A stretch of DNA of 64,000 nucleotides from a virus. Positions 9,747 to 21,601 of this stretch are shown here, piece by piece. Location of the stretch: the IMG/VR virus record IMGVR_UViG_3300026488_000015, positions 82,526-146,525 of that record; one strand, written 5' to 3'. The notes below the pieces were generated by a model. It had not been told where the DNA came from and made no database searches. It saw only the letters and a program-made list of their open reading frames with translations. The position numbers and the translations under genes were made by a program. Each line of letters starts with the position of its first letter. Position 1 is the first letter of the stretch.

Positions 9747-12210
9747 TTTAAATTCCTTTTGTCTCTTTATATGTAATATTATAACATAAAGAACCTTAGA
9801 GCTTTATTAAGAGATTACGGTAACATTTTTCTGTGATTTATATTTTAGTAGTGCTTCGATTATTAGAGGGCTTTTCTTTGGGTTGATGGATACATTAGTT
9901 CTATCTAAAATTAGCACATTATTAACAAAATGAATAATTTCATCAAAGAATACTAGTGAATCAGAACCTAGAGTCAAATATCTACCTTCTTGGTCAATCT
10001 TGAGGTATTCGTATCCTAATGGTAACGATTCTAAAATCTCATCGAATTTTGGGTAGTTTAAGTGGTCTTTAAGACCTAATACTAATTCTTTGATATTATC
10101 TGGTATCTCGTGTTGCACTTCAAAAGGTTCAACCCAAGAGGTGCTCTTATTATATTTCGCGTGGTCACCGTGTGGTTTGCCTGTGTATAGAAAGAACCCT
10201 TTATGACCAGAGCCGTTTTTTTCTGTTCTAAGAATCCACGAATCGTATTCTTCTAAGTACATAACGGCTACATCTTCCATTGTAAGAGGGAATGCTATGT
10301 TATTTGTGTTTACTTCCATTAGTACACCCCATTTTCTAATTTAATAAGAGGACCTTTGATATTGTATATTTCTATATGAGGCATCTTATCATATTTCCCA
10401 TTTAGTAGCTCCTTATAATAAATATAAGCTTCTTCAGAATCTAAAAAACATCCTAGTTCTTGATTATTCCGACCATCATAAACCCTATACATATTATAAG
10501 CTTCTATATCGATTGACATCTGCTCGTAAAATTCTTTGTAACCCATAATTATCCTTTGTTCTCTGTGAAGCTAGTAAGCTAATATACCCAGCGTGAGGCT
10601 ATGACTAAGGCTCGTTTCCAGAATCTCGTTCATATCGTAATAAAATATCTGTCTCTATCTCTTTAAGCTTCTCAGCAATATCGTAATAGCATTCAGAATA
10701 GCAATCTTCACATAAATGTAAGTGAGTACCATATTTGTCGTGTTGTTCATTTAATGAAGCTGTAAGGTGGTGTTCACCAACCCCTCCACATAAATCGCAT
10801 TGTAAATCTTTCATTGATTAACCTTTCTAAGCTTCTGTACTTTTTCCCATCGTTCAAAATCTTCTGAATCTAAAGCCATCGGGTCTTTTTCTTGTACTTT
10901 TATTCCAAAATGTCTAGGTTGAAATTGAGCACCTGACATAATAATGGCAACTATAATAGTCCACTCACTCCAACCTAGAATGATTATGAGGTACAGAAAT
11001 ATACCCCAAATCATTCCTTCATAAAGCACTGTGTACAATAAGAAGTAAAATAATCTAGTTGAGTCTTTCATTAGAGGTCCTCCAAAATATTATCTACATT
11101 TGCAAAGAATACGGTGTTATAAGAACCATCGTATCCCTCGAATGTAACATAAGATGTACTATCTTCTATTTCAATGTCTTCAATGGTTAAAACGCAACCT
11201 AACGAAAACTGCTCTTTCATTCTTTTTTGGTCGTTTGCGTAACCATTATTAGGGAATGCAAAGACTACCCTACTACCCGCTTCAGAATATATATCCATCA
11301 CGGGTCTAGTACCTATAATAGTGTTTGGTATTTTGTCTTCTATTGTGACTTCATCAACGGGGTCAAACGAAATATTCAGCTGTACCCGAGTACCAACCAT
11401 ATCCACTTCATAAATATCTAACTCATTTAATCTTGATTCTGCTTGGGCAATAATAATTTCTTTTCTCGTATGTAGTCTAGCTCTACTAATGTTAGCACCG
11501 AACTCGGTGCTGCTGTTAATATACGATACCAAATAAGGGTAATTATTCTCGCCCTTTTTCTTTAAATAGTAGTTTTTCATAGTTTTCCTTATACAAAAAA
11601 TGCCATCTGAAGAGCCAGAAGCTCATCACTGGTTAATGGTTTAATATTGCTCTTTGTACCTTTACTGAATACATAAACAGAATTCCTAGTACTGATAGAA
11701 ATCTCGTAATAGTGGCGTGAAACTTCGTTGTACTCTATTTTTTCTATTGTAGATGTACTATATCTACCGTGTCGCAAATCAAAATTGCAATCAGTAGCAT
11801 CGAATGTAAAACTAGCAGTCATATCGATATGTAATTTACATTCTTTACCTACGATTTCATCAGCATTAGAATTTGTTGTGCTTAGTAATGTTGTGGTCAT
11901 TATTTTTCCTTTTCTCTTTATATGTAATATTATAACACAAAGTAGCTTAAACCTTCTTTTTAAGTATCATTTGGTTCTCTCCAAGTGCCAAAATTATATG
12001 TCTCACCATTAAATGGCTTCCATAAATCAAAATATAGTATTTTTGTTTGTGTTTTATTCCAACATCTGATTTGTGTATCGGTGTGCTCGATAAACTCTCT
12101 TATCTGATAATGAGTTTTATGCCATTCATTTTTTCTAACAAATATTAACATTATAATTCCTTTTCTCTCTTTATATGTAATATTATAACATACTAAAGAT
12201 AAGAGCCACC

Positions 12211-13026
12211 TTAAAGCAACATTGCTGGTGCTTTCTTACAAACTCGGTCAAAATCAAGATTGATAACATCTTTAATCTTATCTATATAATTCAAGCCCAT
12301 TTTCTCAAAAGATACTAATAGATTGCTTAGATATTTTTGTCTGAATGCTAGTGCTGATATTCTATCTGTAAAAATATAAACAGGCTGTCTATAATTTATT
12401 TTTGAAGAAGGTGTGGATAACGATATTGTTTCTTTACCTGATTCAGTAAATACTTTTAATGCCGTTACTGAATCGGATTGACCTTGAATAAACGAACCAG
12501 TAGCCTTATATACATCAAAACGCCATTCTGAAGGAACGGAGAGTGAGTTCCATTTATATATAGCACCAGGCATAACATAATATGTTTCGCCTCTTTTAAC
12601 ATCATCGAAGATATTTTCTACCATATTTTCTGCATCTTTAAATAATGAATAATCATAACCAATATTCAGCGTCTTAAAAAGATGTCTAGGTATATCAAAG
12701 ACCGTAGTTATTTCTGTGTTTTCTTTCATCTTATCTTTCATATACATTTCATCTTCTGTGGTGCTAATTTTATATTGTTTCTTTAATTGTATAATACGAT
12801 TCATTTGACCTACACTAGAAGTGTGGTTAATATGAATGAATAGTTCAATGAACTTCTTCCATTCAGATGTCTTAGCAGTGAGCTTTGGTGTCCTAGGTTT
12901 CGAACCTAAAGGGTACATTCTAAAACCACAACATTCAGCCCCACCTTTATTTGATTTGAGACAATACAAACATATAGATTTACTATGTGATGCTTTAGGT
13001 TTTCTCAATTCTTCTCTATATTTCAT
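12211..13026 (-). CDS. Hypothetical protein, N-terminal Cys motif and C-terminal tag
   Basis: CLYC...CCG..M; ends KKAPAMLL. Confidence 0.6.
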   Translation of the reverse strand: MKYREELRKPKASHSKSICLYCLKSNKGGAECCGFRMYPLGSKPRTPKLTAKTSEWKKFIELFIHINHTSSVGQMNRIIQLKKQYKISTTEDEMYMKDKMKENTEITTVFDIPRHLFKTLNIGYDYSLFKDAENMVENIFDDVKRGETYYVMPGAIYKWNSLSVPSEWRFDVYKATGSFIQGQSDSVTALKVFTESGKETISLSTPSSKINYRQPVYIFTDRISALAFRQKYLSNLLVSFEKMGLNYIDKIKDVINLDFDRVCKKAPAMLL

Positions 13027-13488
13027 TTCTTAATCCTTATTTTAACAGCTTCCCCACCTAAAAGATTGTAATGCTGTCTCTCCACAGTCTTCACCAACAA
13101 AGAAACCAAATTCTTCTAACAAATCTATATCTTCTTCAGATACTTCCTCTGGTTCTACACCACAAATACATAAAATATCGTGTGCACAAAATGTTCTAAA
13201 ATCGTGATTATATTTCTCTATAATCATAAGTGCTTTTATTAAATCGTTCATTTATATCCTTTTAACAGCGCATTAAACCATTGGCATTAAGATAGTCCAC
13301 TATACATTTATAATGGAAACCTACATATTTTCCATTGTAAGTGACGGCACTACCAGAAACACCTTGAGTGTACATAAAAGTTTTTTGTGTGTCTTCTTTC
13401 TCTTCGTAAGAGATTCCTTCTTCATCGAGAATAGCTTTGATTACTGTATTTCTATTCTCGTAGCCTTTGGCGTAAAATAGCAAAAACT

Positions 13489-14640
13489 TCATAGCACTTT
13501 ACTTTTGAAGTACTGTACTGCTGCTTTACTGATATTTCCGTTAAGAACTTTCGGTTCAAAACCTTCATCTATCATATCTTGTGTATGCTCTTTAACGACA
13601 TCACGCATAACAAGTCCAAGAAATTCTTTCATATCGGTCATACCAATCCTAGTCTCATCGCCATTATGTGTAGCATTAATGATTTCTTGGTACATTTGCT
13701 CTAAACGACCTTCAGTACAAGCAATATCATTAACAAATGCTCTTTTACGGTTTTCGAGTGCTTCATCGACTGGTTTAAGAACCTTAACTTTTCCTGAACC
13801 TTTTGAATGCTCTTCACCTTTTACTTTAAATCTGTACACTTCATCTTTGTAATCGAATGTGAACACATATCCTTCAGCAATATTGTTATCGATACCAAAT
13901 TGTTTACCTACTGGTGAATCTTGTTCAATCTCATCAACTAATTTAATAAGAGTATTTTGCGACATCTTAGCATCATTAAAATCGATTACAATTTCTACTG
14001 TTGGAAAATTCATAATGTTATAGATGTTTTTGTCTTCATTTGAAACCCATTTTGTTCTCATATCATCCGTAATATATGATGGGTCTACAAAACCTTTAGG
14101 TAGAGAAACCGTAGTTTTCGTTTCTAACCATTTAGCACTTTCAGGTATTTCAGCACCATCATTACCAATTTGTGGTTCGATAGGAGATACTTTGAAATAT
14201 TGAAAAATCATACTTCTCTTATCAAGACCAGTCAATGCTGATTTCTTTTGAACATTGCCACCACTCCACTCAAAGTAAACAGAAATGATATGTTTGTTCA
14301 AATCGATACTGTATTCATTAGCAAGACCAAAGATGATTTCTGCCCATTCATTCTCATAAGCATAAGTTTGGAATGCACAACCAGCATTATCTTTTTCTGG
14401 TGTGATAATATTTTTACGAGATTGAACCCAAAAACCATCTGGGATTGAATAACATACAGAGGCATTAGTCCCGTGAATCTTTTCAGAACCAGTTGCTACA
14501 ATAGTAGGCGACAAAGCTGTTCTATCCATAGTTACTTCTTTAGTAACCTCATCGTATGACACAAATTGTGCTTGTCTTTGTAAATTTTTTGTTACTGTGC
14601 TGAATTGGTCAATACTGCCGTATGTGATAAATCTTTTCAT
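13489..14640 (-). CDS. RNA ligase 2 family protein
   Basis: EKIHGTN (motif I), QSRKNII, YFEW, EGYVF, FKVKGEEH. Confidence 0.85.
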   Translation of the reverse strand: MKRFITYGSIDQFSTVTKNLQRQAQFVSYDEVTKEVTMDRTALSPTIVATGSEKIHGTNASVCYSIPDGFWVQSRKNIITPEKDNAGCAFQTYAYENEWAEIIFGLANEYSIDLNKHIISVYFEWSGGNVQKKSALTGLDKRSMIFQYFKVSPIEPQIGNDGAEIPESAKWLETKTTVSLPKGFVDPSYITDDMRTKWVSNEDKNIYNIMNFPTVEIVIDFNDAKMSQNTLIKLVDEIEQDSPVGKQFGIDNNIAEGYVFTFDYKDEVYRFKVKGEEHSKGSGKVKVLKPVDEALENRKRAFVNDIACTEGRLEQMYQEIINATHNGDETRIGMTDMKEFLGLVMRDVVKEHTQDMIDEGFEPKVLNGNISKAAVQYFKSKVL

Positions 14641-16521
14641 TTTCTTTCCTTCTTATTTTGTATATGTAGTATTATAACATAGTATTACTTAAAGCCTTCT
14701 TAAATTCGCTCACCCAAAAAGAAAGGGAGTTCATCCAACGGGTATGCGTTTGTGTCATTTTGGTATCTGTCTTTTAGTACTGTAAATGAATCTTTATCAA
14801 CATAAACTGCCGCATCAGCCTCAAAAAGTGTTTTCATATTTTTGGGTATAATATCACCATCTTTAATGTTTACATCTTTTGTTCTGTATATGATAATCAT
14901 TCTTATCCTTTGATTTGTACCAGAATAACATCTGTAATCGGTACAGTAATCTGCATATACCAATTACTAAGCGTTACTTCATCTTCTTTAACTGAAATTA
15001 CTTTATAGTTTTCGTGTGTTTTTAGGAATGGATGGAATCCATTATATTGTACTGTGTCATCTTTTTCCATTCTATTGTCTCTCAACTTTATAATCTTTTG
15101 CTTTGTCATAAAACAGAGCAATAGCATTCAATTCTCTAACGCTGTATTCATCAATCTCGATGAGTTTAGATTTACCTGATTTGTGTGTGATTTTAAATTG
15201 TGTAAACATTATATATCTCCATTTCTAGCTTCTTCAGCTCTGTAACCACGAATGTCTGCTCTACGAAGGTTCTCTTTAACCTGAGCAACTCCGATGTCTC
15301 TAGCACTCTCTAAAGCACTCTCTGTGCTCATCTGACAATCATCATTCCAAGAACCGTTATTAAAACTTCGTACTGATAATTCGATTTCTGTGATTTCTGT
15401 TTGAGTTAATTCTTTCATTTCTTATCCTTTATATGCAATATTATAACATAAGTAACCTTAAAGCTAGTTGAAGTTAATCTCTGTATTTGAAACTTTTTTC
15501 TTCGTTGGTTTTACTGAATCTAAAAATTTCATATTTCTTGTCTTCTCTAATATAGTTTCTATCATTTTATCGGCATAATCAGTAGCATTTATGTTTAGAG
15601 TAGCTGTATATTGTTTATCGCTCTCAGTAGCACCATTGTAGAAACTCGAATAAGCATTTGACCATATGACCATATAATCAGATTTTGTCATATCCATTAT
15701 TTCTCCAATTTCAGCTCAATAACATTACCTGCTTTAGGCATTATCTGCATGTTTGCACCATCTAAAGAAATAGTAACCGTACCATTCTTTGTGAAGTGAA
15801 CTAGCATTTCCACATCGTTACCTAAGTCCATAAAGACTCTCTTTTCTTTTGGTAAATTGATTTCCATCTTATCTTTCCTTATCTTTCTTTATATGTAATA
15901 TTATAACATAAAAGACCTTACAGCCACCTTAAAATGTTGTAACTGTTGGTATCTCATTAGAATCTTTTCTTAATTCTACTTCGTTGCATAGTTCATCAAC
16001 ATCTATACCACTAAAAAACTTGATGAATCGTTTGATTAACGAATCCATCTTATAGTCCTTCTACTTCTACGATTTGTTCTAAAATATATTCAGGAATCTC
16101 ATTGATATTAGATGTCATTTCAACACCATTTCGTTCAATCTCTGCTGCTAATTTATTGTAAAAATTACTGATACCCAAAGTACTATCACCTTGACCTCTA
16201 ACGATGTTCTCTAATGAGTTTAAAATTGATTCTTTCATTTCTTATCCTTTGTCTCTTTATATGTAATATTATAACATAACGAACCTTAAAGGCTACTTAA
16301 TATTTATTTTCCATTTCGGTTGTTACTTTAATATGGTCACTACAATCTCTTACCCACATAGTGGTCCTTGTACCCGTATCGATTTGGCATTCTTCAAGAC
16401 CATTTTCGATTGCTCTTTGTGTTGTTTTGTAATCTGCGTAAATTGCTGCTATACCTGCTATACTTAGTAATATTGCTACTACTACTGATATGATTGTTTC
16501 ATTTTTATTCATTATATATCC

Positions 16522-16755
16522 TTATAGTAAATAGTGAGGTTTATCTGCTAAGATTCTCTTTATGAATGTCTTAGCGTCTTTTTGAGGATAGCCTAATAGT
16601 ATCATCAAGTCAAGACTCGAATCTTCTATCAGCTGTAAGCATTTGTCTGCTGCTTCCTGTTTTGTAGGACTGTATTGTGCATCCCAGTTTTCCATAGCAA
16701 CTTCAAACCACCAGTATTCTTGGTCTTCGTTTGGTTGTAATAATTTGAAATACAT
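16522..16755 (-). CDS. Hypothetical protein with PHxxL tag (probable start 16755)
   Basis: MYFKLLQ...ADKPHYLL; translationally coupled to the upstream membrane ORF. Confidence 0.55.
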   Translation of the reverse strand: MYFKLLQPNEDQEYWWFEVAMENWDAQYSPTKQEAADKCLQLIEDSSLDLMILLGYPQKDAKTFIKRILADKPHYLL

Positions 16756-17316
16756 TATTTTCCGGCCATAGCACCAGAAACGAGTGAAATGAATCCAACA
16801 AAGCCTACACCAATCCAAATCTTGAACGCCGTCCAAGCAGCAAGACCGACGGCCATATCATTTGCACCCCAATTATAGAGAAATGTACCTACACCAATGA
16901 TGTTAGCAAAAACCAATAAAACAATACCGAAAATAAATAATAACGGCATCTGTTATCCTTTCGCTATCGTTACGCATACAGCAACAACAAAAGTCATTAT
17001 TAAGCCGATGTAAAAAATTGTACCATTTGTGCTAAGAGAGTCCCATTTAAAACCTTGTAAATCTATCATATTATTTCCTTTAATTAAATAACGAACCGAG
17101 ACCGTAAATTAATACTGTCACGGTTGAAATGATTACTGCTAGAGCAATCGACACTTTGATTATAATACCAGTAATAAAACCATTAGCTACATCTGCACCA
17201 GTTTCTAAACCAGCTTTAAGCCCATCTTTGGCTAACTCTTTAACATCTACATCTTTTACTGAATCAACAGCAATATCTTTCATTTTCTTAAACATTCATT
17301 TCCTTTTTAACTGAAT

Positions 17317-17544
17317 CTAACTAAACCTAACTAAACCAACTAAGTTGATTAAACTGAATACTACATTCATTATAAGCAACTGTCTATTATCATTATTATA
17401 AGCATAAATTGACCATAATATAGAACTCGTGATGAATAATGTATAGCACAACATAAACAAGTCTAAATTTAACGCCATTAACATTGCTGCTGTAACACCC
17501 GTTGTAGTTGCTGAATTTGTAATAAATGTTTCTGATATTCTCAT
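17317..17544 (-). CDS. Small 3-TM membrane protein (PnuC/YgjV-like)
   Basis: Three hydrophobic helices, W..YAY and N..G motifs. Confidence 0.45.
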   Translation of the reverse strand: MRISETFITNSATTTGVTAAMLMALNLDLFMLCYTLFITSSILWSIYAYNNDNRQLLIMNVVFSLINLVGLVRFS

Positions 17545-17720
17545 AATCTTTCCTTCTTCTCTTTATATACAGTATTATAACATAACATAGCTTAAAGGCT
17601 ACTTAAATTTGGAGAAATAAAAAGAATTTTGAAATTCTTTTAGTAGAACTTGGTTTTTACTAAAGTTTTACCTCTAACTTTTATAGATACTACTAAGATA
17701 CAAAACAAACAAGTATCTAA

Positions 17721-17757
17721 CCTCAAGGAAGAGGATGTTTTACACAACGGAGGTGTA
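17721..17757 (+). promoter_or_regulatory. Two GGA-loop hairpins in the flagellin 5' leader (putative CsrA sites)
   Basis: CCTC-AAGGAA-GAGG (17721-17734) and TACAC-AACGGAG-GTGTA (17741-17757); the second overlaps the SD. Confidence 0.7.
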
Positions 17758-17759
17758 TT

Positions 17760-18584
17760 ATGGGATTTACAATCAACACAAACAATAGCGCAAACTTCGC
17801 ACTATTATATGGTAGACAAACACAACAAAAAATAGATAGTTCTTTAGAAAAACTATCAACTGGTCTTAGAATTAACAGAGCAGCAGATGATGCAGCAGGA
17901 ATGGCTATTGCTAATCAGTTAAGAAGCCAATCACAAGGTTTAATTCAAGGTAACAAAAATGCACAAGATGCTATTGGTCTTGTTAAAATAGCAGATGGCG
18001 CAATGGATGAGTATCAAAAAATTCTCGTGACTGCTAGAGATAAATCAGTTCAGGCAGCAAGTGATACGAATTCACCTGAAGCAAGAGCAGTACTCGAAGA
18101 GGAAGTTAAGCAATTACTTCAACAAGCAGATGATATTGCCACTACGACATCATTCAATGGTATTAATCTTTTAGATGGTACATTTACTAGCAAGAAATTT
18201 CAAGTAGGTTCAGAATCTGGCCAAACTATTAGTATGAGTATAGCTAATACTGATATTGCTTCTCAAAATATTGCTGACGCTGATATTGATTTAACTACTC
18301 AAGCAGGTGCTGATGCAGCAATCGTTTCATTGGATGCAGCGATAAAAAGTATTGATGCCGTTAGAAGTGGAATAGGTTCGACTCAAAATGCACTAGAAAG
18401 TAGAGTCCGTGTTAATGAGGCAACTGCCGCAAATGTTATGGCCGCAGAGAGCGCGATTCGTGAAGTTGATTATGCTGCAGAACAAACAGCATTAAATACA
18501 AACACAATCAAGTTACAAGCTAATACATTCGCTTTAGGTAAAGCATTAGAGAACCAACAAATGATTCTTAGTCTGCTTAGATAG
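17760..18584 (+). CDS. Flagellin (short, essentially D0/D1 only)
   Basis: MGFTINTN, LEKLSTGLRINRAADDAAG, FNGINLLDG, FQVG, RSGIGSTQN, AESAIREVDYA. Confidence 0.95.
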   Translation: MGFTINTNNSANFALLYGRQTQQKIDSSLEKLSTGLRINRAADDAAGMAIANQLRSQSQGLIQGNKNAQDAIGLVKIADGAMDEYQKILVTARDKSVQAASDTNSPEARAVLEEEVKQLLQQADDIATTTSFNGINLLDGTFTSKKFQVGSESGQTISMSIANTDIASQNIADADIDLTTQAGADAAIVSLDAAIKSIDAVRSGIGSTQNALESRVRVNEATAANVMAAESAIREVDYAAEQTALNTNTIKLQANTFALGKALENQQMILSLLR

Positions 18585-18936
18585 GGTTTAGGAAAACATC
18601 AACTATGATGATAACCAATCCATAATAGTGTAGAGACTCTTCTTTGGTCTCTGCAATATTACCTTTACCAATAAACAATCCAATATCATTTAAAATATCA
18701 AATAGACCTAGACCTTCAGGTTTAGTATAATCAATCATATCAGACATCAAACGAATACTTTCAAGCATCTTAGATGTAGTTTCAAATTTAATTTTTTGTT
18801 GGGATAATGCTGGTTCTTTTTTCTTTTTTTCTGTTTCTATCTTTATAAGTACAAGAGTTTTTTTCTTTAATAAAGTATAAAATGTTTTTAAGAATTCTTC
18901 TTTACCTAAGACAGCATTTTGTTCGTAAGGGTTCAT
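18577..18936 (-). CDS. FliS-like flagellin chaperone homologue
   Basis: MNPYEQNAV start, four-helix pattern K..SK....I..M...ID.....G..L...L...GN, convergent with the flagellin. Confidence 0.5.
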   Translation of the reverse strand: MNPYEQNAVLGKEEFLKTFYTLLKKKTLVLIKIETEKKKKEPALSQQKIKFETTSKMLESIRLMSDMIDYTKPEGLGLFDILNDIGLFIGKGNIAETKEESLHYYGLVIIIVDVFLNPI

Positions 18937-19214
18937 AATCTTTCCTTCTTTTTTGTATGGTTACCAAGTAAGATGAGTGCCGTTGCAGTTCCCGCACATT
19001 TTTACGGATGGTGCGTACACTCTATCACATTTAGGACAAAGCCAACCCCTATCTAATTGAGTTCTATCTTGAGGTATCTTTAGTCCATAACCACCAACAC
19101 CAAAACCAGTATCGATGATAGTGCTGTATTCAACATCACTAACACCATCTATCTCTTTAATTTCTTCTATTTTCTTATCGTTTGCGTTGTTCCAGAACAT
19201 TTTGTTTCCTTAAA

Positions 19215-20138
19215 TTATATTGATATTCTCATTTCGTGACGGTTTGGACCAGTAGTATAAATTAATGTACCTGCACCAATTTTTGACATTCTACTGATAA
19301 GTACTTTATTGGCATCTTCAGCTTGTCTGTGACCACTATCGATTGCCCAAACCTCAGTATCGAATGAAGAAAGAATTCTACTTGCTTCTTCTAAATCATT
19401 ACCTTTCTGCGTAAATACGATGTAAGCACCGTTAGCTCCTAATGCAATATAATCCGATTCAGTCTTTTCTGTTTTCTTAATCTTTTCCATAGCTTCGTAC
19501 TTAGCTTTGTTTTCTTTTTTGAGTCTGTCATCTATAGCATCTTGATAGTCTTTCTCTAAACGAGCGTACTCTTTTTTCGTAGTAGGTTTGTTGAATAGCT
19601 CATCAGAAGTCGTATTACAAGTTTTTGTAGAGAATGCATTAACGGCACTAACAAATCTTTTCTTATTCTTTAAGTCTCTTGCTATCTTCTCTGAAGTCTT
19701 CTTATCGAGTTTAACTTTATCACCATTAACGAGAACTTGTACAACTTTACCTTGAAGCATAATAGGTTTTATATGTACTTGTGGTTCATCGTTACGACTA
19801 GGCCAAAATGCAGAACTAACTTTTACTGGAACTTCCAATACAACATCCACAATGTCCTCAGTAGAATTAATAATGGTGCTTATACCTACGGTCACTAAAT
19901 CAGTATTGATAACCTCTATCGTTTGTCTACGAATAATATTTAAGTTATCCAGGTTATTATATGTAAATCTAGCATCATCGATGTCTTTAGCGCCCAAGGC
20001 CTCGATTCCTCTAATTGCTACTTCTCTTTGTTCTTTTGTTGTAAGTGTTTTTGTACTTACTAAGCTCTTAAATGTTCTCATTGCGTCTCCTGGTTTACTA
20101 TTATTTATATCTCTTAGAGATAAATTCGTTAATATCAC
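19215..20138 (-). CDS. Hypothetical protein
   Basis: Long ORF in the operon; true start uncertain. Confidence 0.6.
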   Translation of the reverse strand: MILTNLSLRDINNSKPGDAMRTFKSLVSTKTLTTKEQREVAIRGIEALGAKDIDDARFTYNNLDNLNIIRRQTIEVINTDLVTVGISTIINSTEDIVDVVLEVPVKVSSAFWPSRNDEPQVHIKPIMLQGKVVQVLVNGDKVKLDKKTSEKIARDLKNKKRFVSAVNAFSTKTCNTTSDELFNKPTTKKEYARLEKDYQDAIDDRLKKENKAKYEAMEKIKKTEKTESDYIALGANGAYIVFTQKGNDLEEASRILSSFDTEVWAIDSGHRQAEDANKVLISRMSKIGAGTLIYTTGPNRHEMRISI

Positions 20139-20856
20139 TAAAACAAATCTGAACCTTAGGTCCTTTTTCTAGCTGTACTGTTTCAATATCTGCAATAACA
20201 TCACCATTGACACCGTCAATCCAACAAGTAACGCTCTGTCTTGATTCTACCGAAACTTCAGTAAATCTTGGTTTGATAACAGTACTAAGATGCATATTTG
20301 TTTTATCTCCCGTAACAACCCATTGCTTTGAGTCGATAGGTATCACAACACCTTGATTATTTACACTAATTCCTGTTGAACCTTGTGGTGTACTGATAAT
20401 TATTCCACCACCCTTAAACGATTCAGGAAGAACCTTAGATTTAACAGAAAAATCTATCCAATCCATCATAGTACCACCGATAGCAACTTCATTGAATGCA
20501 TAGTATGATTTAGTTGCCAGATGATGGTTTCGTTTTACTGTTGCTTTAATAGTTCGCAGTGTCTTAGTATTAAAAAATTCTCTCTCGCATACATCTACAA
20601 TAAAATTGTATGGTTCTATATCATTCATAAGAAAGCCTAGTGTCCCAGCATTGATGCCATAGATAGGTAAATCGAAATCGATGTAAGTCTTTACTGTTTT
20701 GAGTAAAGTCCCGTCTCCACCAGCACAGACAATCATTTCTGCTTCGTTAGGTGTATCAACGAGAAATCTTTGAATATTCTCATTTTTCTCAAATAAATCG
20801 TTCCATTCTTGTGTTTTTTTGTTATGTGCTTCATATTTTACGAAGAATATTTTCAT
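20101..20856 (-). CDS. NAD kinase
   Basis: GGDGTLL, GINAGTLGFL, FNEV, ISTPQGSTG. Confidence 0.9.
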   Translation of the reverse strand: MKIFFVKYEAHNKKTQEWNDLFEKNENIQRFLVDTPNEAEMIVCAGGDGTLLKTVKTYIDFDLPIYGINAGTLGFLMNDIEPYNFIVDVCEREFFNTKTLRTIKATVKRNHHLATKSYYAFNEVAIGGTMMDWIDFSVKSKVLPESFKGGGIIISTPQGSTGISVNNQGVVIPIDSKQWVVTGDKTNMHLSTVIKPRFTEVSVESRQSVTCWIDGVNGDVIADIETVQLEKGPKVQICFSDINEFISKRYK

Positions 20857-21601
20857 TACTTTCCTTTCTTATTGATGCTAGGTTGAGTAAAACCTTTTTG
20901 TGTGCCGATTGGCAATATTTCTACATTAGCTATATCAGCAGTCGTGTAAGCACTTTTGTCTGTCCAATTCCAAGCATCGATATATTCAAATATAGCAACA
21001 ACAAATGTTACTGTTTGTCTAATCGTAAAGCCGTCTTTGAATGTTACTTCACAATCGAACTCTTCTGCCTTGTATGGTTCAGTATTAATTTCTGTAGCCG
21101 GTGGAGATAATTTTCTTCCGCCTTCTGTTGTATGAAACATAGTATCTCCTTCTCTTTCTTTATATGTAATATTATAACATAATAAAGATAATAGCCACCT
21201 TAAGGCTTGGGAATTTTTTTCTTTTGTGATTTACCTATCAGTACATTGTTTTTATTATTAGCGTACCAAGAATTAGTTAGTTGAATCCAACCTAGAATTG
21301 TACTGAATGCATTTACGATAGGCACTAATGAAATTAGTAAATTTGAGAGGAGAATCTTGCCAGTAGCAAAATAAACTGTGATTAAGTGTAAGATAACGAA
21401 TGCCCAATAAGCTGAAGCACTAACGATGATATAATTTTCCATTATAATCCTTTATGATTATTTATCTTCTCTTGGTTTTCTCTCATTTCTTTAGCTTGAG
21501 CATCCATTACTTTCTTAAGCATTTTATGAGTCCTGGCATTTTTACGAGATTCAAAGACACCGTTGGCATCTTTAGACATATCAAACGGGTTTTTATGCAC
21601 C

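Noticed and set aside
13262-13492. Glutaredoxin/thioredoxin partner for NrdAB
   Set aside because: The pattern is loosely glutaredoxin-like but there is no CxxC motif
17641-17700. Sigma28 or sigma54 promoter for the flagellin
   Set aside because: TAAAGTTT is present at 17661 but there is no properly spaced CGATA box; TATAGATA at 17682 is one mismatch from the late promoter; too ambiguous to call
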